Positions 35,681 to 45,349 of a stretch of 64,000 nucleotides of DNA are shown piece after piece. A program made the translations under genes and the position numbers. A model generated the notes under the pieces. That model ran no database searches. It had not been told where the DNA came from and was given only the letters and a program-made list of their open reading frames with translations. Position 1 is the first letter of the stretch, and each line of letters begins with the position of its first letter. The DNA comes from a virus (lineage: Duplodnaviria > Caudoviricetes), in the IMG/VR virus record IMGVR_UViG_3300037484_000435, positions 448,001-512,000 of that record. One strand, 5' to 3'.

Positions 35681-36223
35681 CTATTCTTCGTCGTAGTCCG
35701 CTGGGTCAAAATACTCTTCGTCATCATCAGTAGGCTCTTCCTCAGCTACTGGAGGTGTAACAGCGGCTGCGGCTGCTGCTGCCAGTGCTCGTGCCTTAGC
35801 ACGCTCAGCTTTTTCCTCGTCGGACATCTTGGGCCTGCCCCTTCGCTTGGCTGTTTCCTCAGACGTTTCCTCTTTCGCGGGCGTAACTACCTTGGGAGCG
35901 GAAGGTTTAGAAGCAACGGGTTTAACAGGTTCAGTAACCGCGTCTTGCTTCTCGTATTTTGTTATCAACTCCATGATGCTGGCTTCATCATAGTTGACGT
36001 TCATTACTTCAGCCAGTTGCTGAGCAATAGCAGGGCGGCTAGATTTAGGAACTCCCCCAGCAGCTAACGTTCTGAGAGCAACTGCTTCTCGTTGCAAGCT
36101 CAATCTAGTGCTGTCAGCCTTATCTAAAGCTTCAAGAGCCTCCTTTCTGGTTGTTTCGTTCGCAACAACCTTCTTCTCCAACCGAATCAATTCCTTTTTG
36201 ATGTATTCTGGTGTTACTGACAT
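35681..36223 (-). CDS. Coiled-coil protein with AT-hook-like motif and acidic tail
   Basis: KRRGRPK motif; GAGGAG RBS before ATG 36223; first gene of the left arm. Confidence 0.75.
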   Translation of the reverse strand: MSVTPEYIKKELIRLEKKVVANETTRKEALEALDKADSTRLSLQREAVALRTLAAGGVPKSSRPAIAQQLAEVMNVNYDEASIMELITKYEKQDAVTEPVKPVASKPSAPKVVTPAKEETSEETAKRRGRPKMSDEEKAERAKARALAAAAAAAVTPPVAEEEPTDDDEEYFDPADYDEE

Positions 36224-36274
36224 TAGTCTCCTCAGACTGTTTTGTGTTCCTCTAAAAATGAGGCAACACTTCAT

Positions 36275-36539
36275 TTAGCAGTAGGGATTTTTAAATGAAC
36301 GGCTCCTTTCATTTTTGGTTAAAAAAATAACCTAATCCCTAACCTTGGTTAAGAAACTCCTTTCTTTCTTTATATAAATTTCTTTCTTTCCCTCCTATAC
36401 TGACTATCGTCAGATAGGCTGTATTAAGGAGGGTAAACCCACCTAAATACTACTGTACCCTGATAAATATATTTATTGATATTGAGGAGGGTTAATAAAA
36501 AAACGGACGCCCGCACGCACGGAAAGAGGAAATTACGAA
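36275..36539. promoter_or_regulatory. Divergence region between the two gene arms
   Basis: AT-rich, non-coding; coding strand switches here. Confidence 0.6.
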
Positions 36540-36731
36540 ATGTCGAGCGAAAAACCATTGAATGAAAAAGAACTTTATATTTGCTGTCGTTGTGGCTGGA
36601 TAGGAACGAGGTGGGGAGACTGTCAACAATGTCCTAATGATGATTTAACGCCAAGGTCTGAGGTTGAACAAACATATCTCAACTGTTTGCAACTACTACA
36701 AAAATTTTGGGAATATGACTGGAATAAGTAA
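36540..36731 (+). CDS. Small zinc-finger hypothetical protein
   Basis: CxxC...CxxC; GAGG RBS. Confidence 0.65.
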   Translation: MSSEKPLNEKELYICCRCGWIGTRWGDCQQCPNDDLTPRSEVEQTYLNCLQLLQKFWEYDWNK

Positions 36732-36733
36732 TT

Positions 36734-37525
36734 TTGGAGAGACGGGGAATAACAATGGGATGTTGGAATGGTACTTGTTTGATAAGTAATCTCCCAATCT
36801 ATGCGGGAGATAAAGTAGTATTTTTTGTATTAAAGAGAAAACGCTATGCTAAATTAGATGCCGTAGAAGGAGGTCATCATTATGTGGATGACCTGTATGA
36901 GCCCTTACTTTACCCTATCGTGGGGGAGTATGATGACTACGGCTGTATTGAGAATGTGTCCGAAGACTTCTCTTTGATAGAAAAGTATTTTGAAAGCGTT
37001 GAATTAACTGAAAACGACTGGGACAAAGACAACGATGTTTTCAGAAATATAGAAAGAGGAAATTACAAAGGATACGGCCATGCACTAATTCACAAAGACA
37101 TCTATGACGCCTTGATCGAGAAAACCTATGACAGAGGTGAATGGTGGACCAAAGGTAAAAGCCTCAGGGACCATGTAGTAGAAAACATCGAGAAAAAAAC
37201 AGAGGAATACTTTAGGCATAAACAAATTTGGGACAAGGATAACGGGGGCATCCCCTTTAATCTCGTAGGTGGGACGTATGACCTCGTCTGCGGAAGAGAT
37301 AGTCGCGACTTCTTCATTGCTAGATACCTCAAGACACAGGATGAAACGCTTCGTAACAAATTGATAGAAACGCACTTAATAAATGTCGTGCTAAGTCAAT
37401 GTAGGAAATTTTGGTTTACTCAAACTGGGTCGGGTAGCCAAAGTAGTGAAGTAGAACTGTATGAGATTTTGGCTAATAAGATGATAGAGAAGTGTCAGCG
37501 ATGGAGTGAAGAGAACGGATATTGA
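36734..37525 (+). CDS. Conserved phage hypothetical protein
   Basis: MGCWNGTC.ISNLPI..G and G.YDDYG motifs; real start probably about 36755. Confidence 0.8.
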   Translation: MERRGITMGCWNGTCLISNLPIYAGDKVVFFVLKRKRYAKLDAVEGGHHYVDDLYEPLLYPIVGEYDDYGCIENVSEDFSLIEKYFESVELTENDWDKDNDVFRNIERGNYKGYGHALIHKDIYDALIEKTYDRGEWWTKGKSLRDHVVENIEKKTEEYFRHKQIWDKDNGGIPFNLVGGTYDLVCGRDSRDFFIARYLKTQDETLRNKLIETHLINVVLSQCRKFWFTQTGSGSQSSEVELYEILANKMIEKCQRWSEENGY

Positions 37526-37592
37526 TGTGAGCAATCCAATTAGACTAACCAACTAACACCAACATAACTAAATACTTAGGAGGACTTTTAGA

Positions 37593-38246
37593 TTGAAATT
37601 AAAACTACCAATTCTATTTTTGTTGACCGTAGTGCTGGTAAGTAACGCCAGTGCTTTTCTGTCTTTCGAAGACCACATCATCACGTCTTATCGTGATTCC
37701 ATAAGGTACGTAGAAAAGGCGGGAATAAAGGGACCGATAGCCAATGAGATAACCAAATGGGCTATCGTGAGACAACTGCATGAAAATGGGCTTGATCGCC
37801 CCGCCACATACTGCATACCTGGAATAGGGTGCGGTGGTTGGAATGAGGAAAATTTAAAATGGTGCCTTAAACGCATACCTAACAACATACAACTAAGCCA
37901 AATCAGAGACTCTGAGGGGGCATTAATGTATGTGTTGAAAGGCGAGAAGGCCAACCTTATTTCTACTGCCACTGTGGCACTGTTATTTGATTACTATGTT
38001 GAAAAGATGCCGTGGTTCTCAGCCAAAGAAAAAGAGGCATGGTCCGAATCAAAGAAATATTCCTATCTGATATCCCAAGGTTTTGTATTACCCGATTACG
38101 TAGAGGCGTTTGAAAATCTTCGTGAAGAACGCGAGAAGATTCTCAGGAAGTGCAACGGAGCTTACGGACCAGGAAGAGATAGGATAATAGGAGAGGTTAA
38201 GAAACTTGCCCAACTCTTCAATCACATATTGGAGACCGGTCGTTAG
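37593..38246 (+). CDS. Secreted hypothetical protein
   Basis: Signal peptide; AGGAGG RBS. Confidence 0.75.
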   Translation: MKLKLPILFLLTVVLVSNASAFLSFEDHIITSYRDSIRYVEKAGIKGPIANEITKWAIVRQLHENGLDRPATYCIPGIGCGGWNEENLKWCLKRIPNNIQLSQIRDSEGALMYVLKGEKANLISTATVALLFDYYVEKMPWFSAKEKEAWSESKKYSYLISQGFVLPDYVEAFENLREEREKILRKCNGAYGPGRDRIIGEVKKLAQLFNHILETGR

Positions 38247-38490
38247 AGACTGGCAAGAAATTGAGGGAAGAGTAGTCCAACTAACGGGCCCGTGGGAATG
38301 TCCTAAATGCAACGGCCATGTTATGTTGGACTACGCTTTCTACGAGCATACTGGTGGCTGTGTTGAAAGCAACTCAGACCCAGAAGTTGAACTACAATAT
38401 GAAGGGCAGGAATATTGCTTCTGCCCTTACTGCCATGCCAAACTACATTATCCAAAGGATTGGCCAGAACAAAAGGAATCTGTAAAATGA
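38206..38490 (+). CDS. Zinc-finger hypothetical protein
   Basis: CPKC...CPYC; start uncertain. Confidence 0.6.
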   Translation: MPNSSITYWRPVVRDWQEIEGRVVQLTGPWECPKCNGHVMLDYAFYEHTGGCVESNSDPEVELQYEGQEYCFCPYCHAKLHYPKDWPEQKESVK

Positions 38491-38753
38491 TAGTAGGCGA
38501 TGACATAAAAACAATGGAAGAGAGTTTGTGTTTCTGCGGCCCATCGTGGGCTGACCGTAGAGCAAAGAGACAATTCTTTATTACAGCGTGGAACCTAGGA
38601 CCTTACCAAGAGTACCGTTGTAGCTATTGTGGAAACATGGCTTTGCTTGACACGCGTAACAACGTCTTTATGGTACAAGTGTTAGAGCGGCCCATGTATG
38701 ACATGAAAGAACAAACAGAGTGGTATTCTAAACATTGTAGGAGCGTCAAATGA
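38487..38753 (+). CDS. Hypothetical protein (CxxC)
   Basis: ATGA-type overlap. Confidence 0.6.
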   Translation: MIVGDDIKTMEESLCFCGPSWADRRAKRQFFITAWNLGPYQEYRCSYCGNMALLDTRNNVFMVQVLERPMYDMKEQTEWYSKHCRSVK

Positions 38754-38968
38754 AATTCAAATACTTTGACCCTATTGTCTGTCTCATAACTCTGATGGTC
38801 CTAGCCTCCACCTATTACATGTTCCAAACTTGGATAGCTGTAGTAATTGCCTTTCTACTCATGGTTATTGGACACGATTGGGATTATATCATTCAGCTGA
38901 AAAAAGAAATAACCTCTCTGCGGTATGACTTGGGTAAGGAAAGGCAGACAGGGCCGTGGGATGATTAA
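38750..38968 (+). CDS. Membrane protein
   Basis: Two hydrophobic segments. Confidence 0.7.
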   Translation: MKFKYFDPIVCLITLMVLASTYYMFQTWIAVVIAFLLMVIGHDWDYIIQLKKEITSLRYDLGKERQTGPWDD

Positions 38969-38979
38969 GGGGCACTCAA

Positions 38980-39441
38980 ATGAGTAGAGTATCATATTTG
39001 AATACCCAGTTTAGTGAAGATGCTTTTGACACAATCTATTTCACAGACGAGGAGAAAGAGTTCCAAATGCTCCGCCTCAAACAGTTCAGGCGTGAAGGTC
39101 TCGTTGACGAGGAGATAATGCCGTATGTGGATAGGATCAATTTGCTCCCTTGGGCGTTAACTGTCTCTAGTTGCACGGGTCACGGAAAATATGCTTATCA
39201 TCCTCATTTGGTGATTAGGATACGAATGCCCTTTGAAAAGTTTTTTGAAGCAATAGTGAGGCCAGCATCACGTGTTCACCAGAACAACGCACATCTAGGA
39301 AGAGTTATTACCGCTGTAACCATGCATGGGATTCAAAGAGGGTGGCCAGCTTTTAAGTTTCATTTTCATGAGAGTGCTTGGGAGAGCGAGGTAGAAGATC
39401 TAGTAACTACTCTTGAGCAAGTAGAGTGGAGAAAAGTATGA
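38980..39441 (+). CDS. TYW3-like protein
   Basis: VDEEIMPYVDRIN.....TVSSCTGH resembles the D..I..L...IN....T.SSC.G motif of TYW3/Taw3. Confidence 0.55.
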   Translation: MSRVSYLNTQFSEDAFDTIYFTDEEKEFQMLRLKQFRREGLVDEEIMPYVDRINLLPWALTVSSCTGHGKYAYHPHLVIRIRMPFEKFFEAIVRPASRVHQNNAHLGRVITAVTMHGIQRGWPAFKFHFHESAWESEVEDLVTTLEQVEWRKV

Positions 39442-39947
39442 GAGTATTCACAGAACTGTTTATTGACGAACTCCGTATCTTGGTAGCTGACAGAGATTAC
39501 GACATCGATATCTATACCTACGAAGCAGGAGACCCAGAAGGCTCCAACGAACACCCTTATGTATTTGCCTCTACTACTTTGAGTAAGCATAACTGGGTTT
39601 ACGGTATAGGTGGCACAGCAGAAGAAGCTCTGCAGGATTTACAAGAAGTTGTAATAATGTTATATGAAGTCGCGATGGAAGACCTAGAAAACAACCTTGA
39701 ACACTGCCACCAATCCTACATAGAGCAAATCAAATGGTGGGCAAACCACTGGAGACTTACAACGATTTATGTTCCTGATGAGGTGGCAGATTTAGAACCT
39801 AGTAGCCATGAACGTTGGGAAGAGTGGTACAGAAAATATGACCCAGAACATATCAAGTATATGGTAACGGGCGAATACGAACCAGAGGAAGAGAATGTTA
39901 CCTACACGTCAGCAGGTGGACGAAAAACTAAGTTGTCTTGGATATAA
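39438..39947 (+). CDS. HicB-like antitoxin-fold protein
   Basis: YGIGGTAEEALQDLQEVV matches the HicB G.T.EEA...L.E motif. Confidence 0.6.
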   Translation: MRVFTELFIDELRILVADRDYDIDIYTYEAGDPEGSNEHPYVFASTTLSKHNWVYGIGGTAEEALQDLQEVVIMLYEVAMEDLENNLEHCHQSYIEQIKWWANHWRLTTIYVPDEVADLEPSSHERWEEWYRKYDPEHIKYMVTGEYEPEEENVTYTSAGGRKTKLSWI

Positions 39948-40371
39948 GCCGTGGCCTAACTTTTATGGCCAACCACATGGCTGGTTCATGATTTATAACA
40001 ACAAGAAACTACACTCAGACATACGACTCCATTACCTTGAATTACCAGAGATAGGAATGGGTCCTTATTATGTCGTTAGTTTCCCGCTCGGTAAAAACCT
40101 GTTTGGGATGAATCATCAAGGAATCGAAACCCTTCATATTGAAACGGAAGGGGACCTAGACAAAATCATAAGCTTTGTGGACGAATACCACTCCCTCTTC
40201 GCTTACCGAGAACCTTGGCATTATCAGGGAACTGAGTATGAACCCAAGGATGGTGGGCGCGGGTGGGCCCGAATAATGAAAAGTTGGGCGGATACTGTAG
40301 CTCAAAGTTCGTTGGAGTCAGAAGAGGAGTGGCGTGCATGGAGAAATAAACTGAGCGGAACAACACCATGA
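39895..40371 (+). CDS. Hypothetical protein
   Basis: Packed operon ORF. Confidence 0.65.
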   Translation: MLPTRQQVDEKLSCLGYKPWPNFYGQPHGWFMIYNNKKLHSDIRLHYLELPEIGMGPYYVVSFPLGKNLFGMNHQGIETLHIETEGDLDKIISFVDEYHSLFAYREPWHYQGTEYEPKDGGRGWARIMKSWADTVAQSSLESEEEWRAWRNKLSGTTP

Positions 40372-40544
40372 TTTCAATAAATCAATTCTACAGTTGTTGG
40401 GAAATAACTTCATGGAACGGGCGGGCAAGTTTAATTATTCACCGCCCGATTAACTGTTGGAAACGTAGTTTTTCTAACTTTAATACGCCTTGGTATCGCC
40501 GTATACCTTGGAAACTTATCAAAATAGAGAGGCACTGGTAATAA

Positions 40545-40886
40545 ATGAGATGGACATTTCCTACCTTTGTTGAGAACAGCGATGACTATGATTTGAAAAC
40601 CATCGACGTTATAAGCCAAATTACAGGAATCTCTAAATCGGAAACTCGACGATTAATGAAAGCAGGAGCTATCAAGTTTGATGGTTACACAACAACTCAA
40701 CCTGTAGAAGAAAGCCTCCTCTTCTATGAAGCACCACACGACAAGGGTTTGTTAAAAGTTGGAAAAAGAAAGATGTTTGTTTATAACACGCACGTGGAAC
40801 AAACCCCACTCATGATTGAAGATTATGACCCAACAAACCCAGAACATCAAAATTTGCCTACAGATTATTTGCAGAACTGGGTATAG
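40545..40886 (+). CDS. Stand-alone S4-like RNA-binding domain (TyrRS C-terminal type)
   Basis: G..KSETRRLMKAGAIK.DG...LLKVGKRK. Confidence 0.8.
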   Translation: MRWTFPTFVENSDDYDLKTIDVISQITGISKSETRRLMKAGAIKFDGYTTTQPVEESLLFYEAPHDKGLLKVGKRKMFVYNTHVEQTPLMIEDYDPTNPEHQNLPTDYLQNWV

Positions 40887-40898
40887 TAAGGACAAAAA

Positions 40899-41144
40899 AT
40901 GGCTAAAGCAGAAACATTCAAACCTATTATACACGCTGGGTATATGATTGAAGAAATACTTATGCGTAAAGAAAGTTTTAAAAGTTGGTGGGTTGTTTGG
41001 TACAATCACGAAACCATGGAAAGTGCTGGAATGGAGCACTTCGATTCCTTTGATGAAGCATCTAAGTGGAATGAGGAAAACCCCCCCAAGAAAATAAAGG
41101 AAGGGAACTTTACCAGAGCTACAATCATATTTGCGGGTTACTAA
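40899..41144 (+). CDS. Hypothetical protein
   Basis: AAGGA RBS. Confidence 0.65.
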   Translation: MAKAETFKPIIHAGYMIEEILMRKESFKSWWVVWYNHETMESAGMEHFDSFDEASKWNEENPPKKIKEGNFTRATIIFAGY

Positions 41145-41156
41145 AAGGAGTTGTAG

Positions 41157-41426
41157 ATGTTCAAAAGCACTTGGTATGAAGGTGAAGGCGATGACATGCA
41201 ACGCGTTTCGGCCAAAGAGGCCAACGATGTAGCGTTCTGCACAGAATTCAATAACGAGCAGTTTCTTCGGGTGGCAGTCTGTGATGTGACTGACCAAGGT
41301 CTACCCCTGCCAGCCCCCCATGTCGTTATAGAAGTGGAAGGGAATTTGTACTGGGAAGGATATATAGACGACCTAAAGGATTTACTCAAAAGAAACACAC
41401 AGCAAGCCAAGAGCTTGTCAGATTAA
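41157..41426 (+). CDS. Hypothetical protein
   Basis: AAGGAG RBS. Confidence 0.7.
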   Translation: MFKSTWYEGEGDDMQRVSAKEANDVAFCTEFNNEQFLRVAVCDVTDQGLPLPAPHVVIEVEGNLYWEGYIDDLKDLLKRNTQQAKSLSD

Positions 41427-41439
41427 ACGGAGCAATTGT

Positions 41440-41853
41440 ATGACAGTTTTAGATAAGGATACAAACGAAACAACCAAACAGGCTGTTATCAGCACGATCC
41501 GTAATACCGTAACGGGTATCCGCGAGGAATGGGGACGCCTGTTTGGAAAGACTGATGACGTTCATTGGGCCCTCTCAAAGGTGCTAGATGAATTAGAGAA
41601 ATACAACACCGAGTATCATTCATGGGATTGGGCTATCCAAAAACTTCAAGAAGGGAAATATGTAACGTGGATAAACTGGTCCCGCGACAGTTTTCTTGCA
41701 CTGTCGAATGGACTTTTCACCAGATATAGTATATTCGATGGTAAGCCCAGATGCATGGGAGACTACCGGTTTGACGTGAGCAAGTTTACCCAAGACGGAT
41801 GGACTTTATGGGAACCAAGAGATGAAATTAATAACGAAAGAACTAATTGCTAA
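41440..41853 (+). CDS. Protein with C-terminal DUF2829/Tad2-like domain
   Basis: WDWAIQKLQEGKYVTWINW...FL...QDGWTLWE. Confidence 0.5.
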   Translation: MTVLDKDTNETTKQAVISTIRNTVTGIREEWGRLFGKTDDVHWALSKVLDELEKYNTEYHSWDWAIQKLQEGKYVTWINWSRDSFLALSNGLFTRYSIFDGKPRCMGDYRFDVSKFTQDGWTLWEPRDEINNERTNC

Positions 41854-42145
41854 ATTCAAAAAACAAGGTGATACCTCTACGAGGAAAGCAGAAAACATAA
41901 CTGTAATTGCTAAATTCTTTTGCCCGTGGGGCTCAGCCACATGGTTTGCTACAGACTATTTCCCAAACGACAATACTTGTTTTGGCTATGCCAACGTCTT
42001 GGGAGACGACTGTGCTGAACTGGGTTATTTCAGTATTGATGAGTTGGAAGAACTAACAGGTCCAATGGGACTTAAAATTGAACGTGACCTTTATTGGAAA
42101 GAACGAACACTCCAAGAGGTTATGGACTGTAAAGGACATTGCTAA
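41822..42145 (+). CDS. DUF2958 family protein
   Basis: KFFCPWGSATWF.T....FGY....ELGYFS..EL......IERDLYW. Confidence 0.85.
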   Translation: MKLITKELIAKFKKQGDTSTRKAENITVIAKFFCPWGSATWFATDYFPNDNTCFGYANVLGDDCAELGYFSIDELEELTGPMGLKIERDLYWKERTLQEVMDCKGHC

Positions 42146-42480
42146 TGAACGGAGAAGACATAACTAAAGAATTTGAATGGCAAGACTCACCAGAACCAAA
42201 TTACTGTGACAAAAAGTGTGACCCACGTAACTGTAGTGCCTTGACTCTAATGCTTGAGGTGTTACACGAATACTTTGTTACGTGCGACGGACAAAAGGAG
42301 AGGCTCGTCGGAGCTAAACTGTGGTCCATTATAAGTGTGTACGTGATTCGACCCGAGATTACCGAAGAGCAGAAAGCGTGGGCCACTAAAGCATTTAGAG
42401 AATTAGCTAATAAAACGTTTGATGACGTAGCTGATCGACACAATTACGGCCCCGACCCTAACTCGGAGAAGAAATGGTAA
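42139..42480 (+). CDS. Hypothetical protein
   Basis: Packed operon ORF. Confidence 0.65.
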   Translation: MLMNGEDITKEFEWQDSPEPNYCDKKCDPRNCSALTLMLEVLHEYFVTCDGQKERLVGAKLWSIISVYVIRPEITEEQKAWATKAFRELANKTFDDVADRHNYGPDPNSEKKW

Positions 42481-42492
42481 GAGGAAAAGGCT

Positions 42493-42855
42493 ATGGGACG
42501 AATTACTAAATTGCTTAAAGATATACTGTATTCCGTAGAAAAAACAACATATGACCCACTGATGGTTTGTCTACTTGAAAAAACGGAAAAGAATATGTTA
42601 CAGTGGTATAGAACCACTAAAGCTGACGGGAGCTACACCACCAAAGACGGAGACCTTACCTTTGAGATCAGACACTATAACGGTTATGAAGACGCATGGA
42701 GTGAGATCACCGTGAAGGACCACGACAACGTTACAATTAAAACAATGTCCCATGGGGCTGAGCGTCTATACCAAATCCTATACAGACGAGAGATGGCCCC
42801 AATGTGGAAATACCAAACAGAATGTGTAGATACTTACCTAAAAGAAAACTGTTGA
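42493..42855 (+). CDS. Hypothetical protein
   Basis: Packed operon ORF. Confidence 0.7.
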   Translation: MGRITKLLKDILYSVEKTTYDPLMVCLLEKTEKNMLQWYRTTKADGSYTTKDGDLTFEIRHYNGYEDAWSEITVKDHDNVTIKTMSHGAERLYQILYRREMAPMWKYQTECVDTYLKENC

Positions 42856-42897
42856 TAGTTTAACCTTCCTCATTCCTAATTTATATGGAGGTAACGT

Positions 42898-43110
42898 GTC
42901 AATTCCTTGTCTTTATGAGATAGACTTGAAAAAATTAAGTCTAATTGACTAGCCCCCACCCAATGAGTGGAAACGTTATTTAGGTCATGCTACCTGAAAA
43001 TGCTCCTCAAGTTTTCAGCCCTAGCGTTTAGGATTAAACAGTTCTGAGAGGTAGGAACAGTGTTCTAAACTTAACAAGCCTTTATAACTGGGCGATGAGG
43101 CTCTAACCCT
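42898..43110 (+). ncRNA. omegaRNA (HEARO-like) of IscB
   Basis: GTCAA...TTGACTAGCC...CGTTA...TACC...TGCTCC..AAGT...AAACAG...CAGTG...GGCGA.GAGG landmarks directly upstream of iscB. Confidence 0.88.
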
Positions 43111-43144
43111 AAGTTGCATCAGCAACAAGGAGTAAAAACTTATT

Positions 43145-44383
43145 GTGTTAGTTTATGTATTAAACAAATGTGGAAAGCCTTTAATGCCCACTACACCACC
43201 TAAGGCTAGAATTTTGCTTAAGGGAGGCAACGCTAAAGTTACCCGAAGAACTCCCTTCACCATACAATTACTCTATGGAAGTTCGGGCTATAAACAACCT
43301 ATAATGTTGGGTGTAGATTCGGGTTACGAGCATGTTGGATTGAGTGCTATCACAGAGAAACAAGAATTATTTTCAGCAGAAGTTTTGCTTAGAAAAGACG
43401 TTTCTAAATTGTTAACAGAACGTCGTGCTTATCGTCGTAATAGGCGTGATAGGAAAGTTCGTTATCGTCAACCTCGGTTTCTGAACCGCGTTAGAACAAA
43501 ACGTAAGGGCTGGCTCGCCCCCCCTATTCAGCACAAACTGGATAGCCATATTAAGGTAGTAAATAAAGTTTCTGAAATATTACCAATTACAAACATCATA
43601 GTAGAAGTAGCCAATTTTGATGTTCAGCGTATCAAGAATCCTGAGATTAAGGGTAAAGAGTATCAGGAAGGTGACCAGTTTGGTTTTGAGAACGTAAGGG
43701 CGTATGTATTGCACCGAGATGAGCACAAATGCCAGCATTGTAAAGGTAAATCTGGTAACAAACATCTTAATACCCATCACATTGTTTTCAGAAGCAAAGG
43801 AGGGAGTGATAGGCCCGATAACCTTATTACATTGTGTAAAACATGCCACGACAAACAGCACAAGGGTTTAATCAAACTCAAGGTTAGCCATAGCCGTAGT
43901 TTTAAGACTGAAACTTTTATGTCTATTGTTAGGTATAAAATTGTTGAGCGATTACGTGAGTTGTATAATAACGCGGATACAACATACGGCTATATTACAA
44001 AGGCGTTACGTAAGCAGTTATTTTTAACTAAATCACATATTAACGATGCTTTCATAATTGCTGGGGCTAACATACAAATCCGCAATACCAAAAATTATCT
44101 AATTAAACAGGTTCGTAAACAAAATCGTAAACTATTCAAGGGTGCCCGTAGTCACACTAAGAACACTGCTCAAAGATTTCTCTTCGGTTTTCAACGTTAT
44201 GATAAAGTAAAGTTTAATAACAAAGATTATCACATATTCGGAAGAAGGCAGAGAGGGTGTTTTAAACTAAGTAATCTAGAGTCAGGACTCTTAAAAACTG
44301 AACCCACCTATAAGAAACTAAAACTTCTGGAAAGCTTCAAAACATTTTTATGGGAGGTAAAGATGGTCCCTAACAATGTTTAG
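43145..44383 (+). CDS. iscB: IscB RNA-guided endonuclease
   Basis: PLMPT N-terminus, GVDSG, Arg-rich bridge helix, IVE, HNH (CQHC...HH...SD..DNL..LC..CH), H.NDA. Confidence 0.96.
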   Translation: MLVYVLNKCGKPLMPTTPPKARILLKGGNAKVTRRTPFTIQLLYGSSGYKQPIMLGVDSGYEHVGLSAITEKQELFSAEVLLRKDVSKLLTERRAYRRNRRDRKVRYRQPRFLNRVRTKRKGWLAPPIQHKLDSHIKVVNKVSEILPITNIIVEVANFDVQRIKNPEIKGKEYQEGDQFGFENVRAYVLHRDEHKCQHCKGKSGNKHLNTHHIVFRSKGGSDRPDNLITLCKTCHDKQHKGLIKLKVSHSRSFKTETFMSIVRYKIVERLRELYNNADTTYGYITKALRKQLFLTKSHINDAFIIAGANIQIRNTKNYLIKQVRKQNRKLFKGARSHTKNTAQRFLFGFQRYDKVKFNNKDYHIFGRRQRGCFKLSNLESGLLKTEPTYKKLKLLESFKTFLWEVKMVPNNV

Positions 44384-44403
44384 GTAGACCATTACACAAA
44401 GGT

Positions 44404-44604
44404 ATGGATTGGCAGATTGGAGACATAGCAGTTATTGACCAAGATTATGATCGCTCAGCAAGCGACAGTCTATTCTATTTACTGGAGTTCTCGAACGATA
44501 CAGCAAGTGGTTACCTAGAAAAAGATAATCAGAAAATCGATTATTCCTGCCCCATATCAAAAATCAGAAGAGTTGCAAAAGTAATAAAGTTCCACACACA
44601 ATAA
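44404..44604 (+). CDS. Hypothetical protein
   Basis: Packed operon ORF. Confidence 0.6.
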   Translation: MDWQIGDIAVIDQDYDRSASDSLFYLLEFSNDTASGYLEKDNQKIDYSCPISKIRRVAKVIKFHTQ

Positions 44605-44624
44605 CAAACAGAAAGGATGGGTCT

Positions 44625-45293
44625 ATGGCTCTTAAAGTTGGCGTAATCGGAGGCACATTCAATCCTATTCATAACGGACATTTACGGCTGGCGGAAGTCA
44701 TGCTGGAGGCAGAGAAATTTGATAATATTATTTTTGTTCCCTCTTTTAACCCGCCCTTAAAAGACCAAGACATCGTTTCCTTTGACCAGAGAGTGAGCAT
44801 GCTTCAACTTGCCATAGAGGACAATCCCTCCTTTGTAATCTCTACAATTGAACAAGACCTCTTAGGAAAATCCTATACCTTCAACATGCTACAAAAACTA
44901 ATAGAAGAGTCCCCCAGTGTAGAGTTTACTTTTATCCTCGGGGCCGAGTGTTGGAATCAGATGAAGTCTTGGTATAAACCCATTGAAACTCTCGGTCTCT
45001 GTGATTTCCTGTTTGTGTGTGATTCTGAACGAAGGTGTGCTGGGGATATTGCTTGGTCTGAGGGCGACCCGATGGTAAGACAGGCTCTTGGGGTAGTGCA
45101 TAATAACAAGAAAGAATTTGTGCATCCCTCAGGAACTCGGGTAAGGTTCGAGGTTCACCCAACCCCTAAGATACGATCGACAGAGATAAGGTGGATATGT
45201 GCAAAGGGAAAAAGTTGTAGATACCTTCTACCAGAGAGTGTCTACAAATATATTCTACAACACAGGCTTTATAATTTATCCCAAAAGTTTTAA
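44625..45293 (+). CDS. nadD: Nicotinate-mononucleotide adenylyltransferase
   Basis: GGTFNPIHNGH, P...PP.K, RV.ML.LA, SYT...L, FILGA, W, STEIR, YI..H.LY. Confidence 0.93.
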   Translation: MALKVGVIGGTFNPIHNGHLRLAEVMLEAEKFDNIIFVPSFNPPLKDQDIVSFDQRVSMLQLAIEDNPSFVISTIEQDLLGKSYTFNMLQKLIEESPSVEFTFILGAECWNQMKSWYKPIETLGLCDFLFVCDSERRCAGDIAWSEGDPMVRQALGVVHNNKKEFVHPSGTRVRFEVHPTPKIRSTEIRWICAKGKSCRYLLPESVYKYILQHRLYNLSQKF

Positions 45294-45349
45294 TTAACTT
45301 TCTAACTAAAATAGCTACTAAAGTTATCTTACACGGAGTTATTTTGTAG

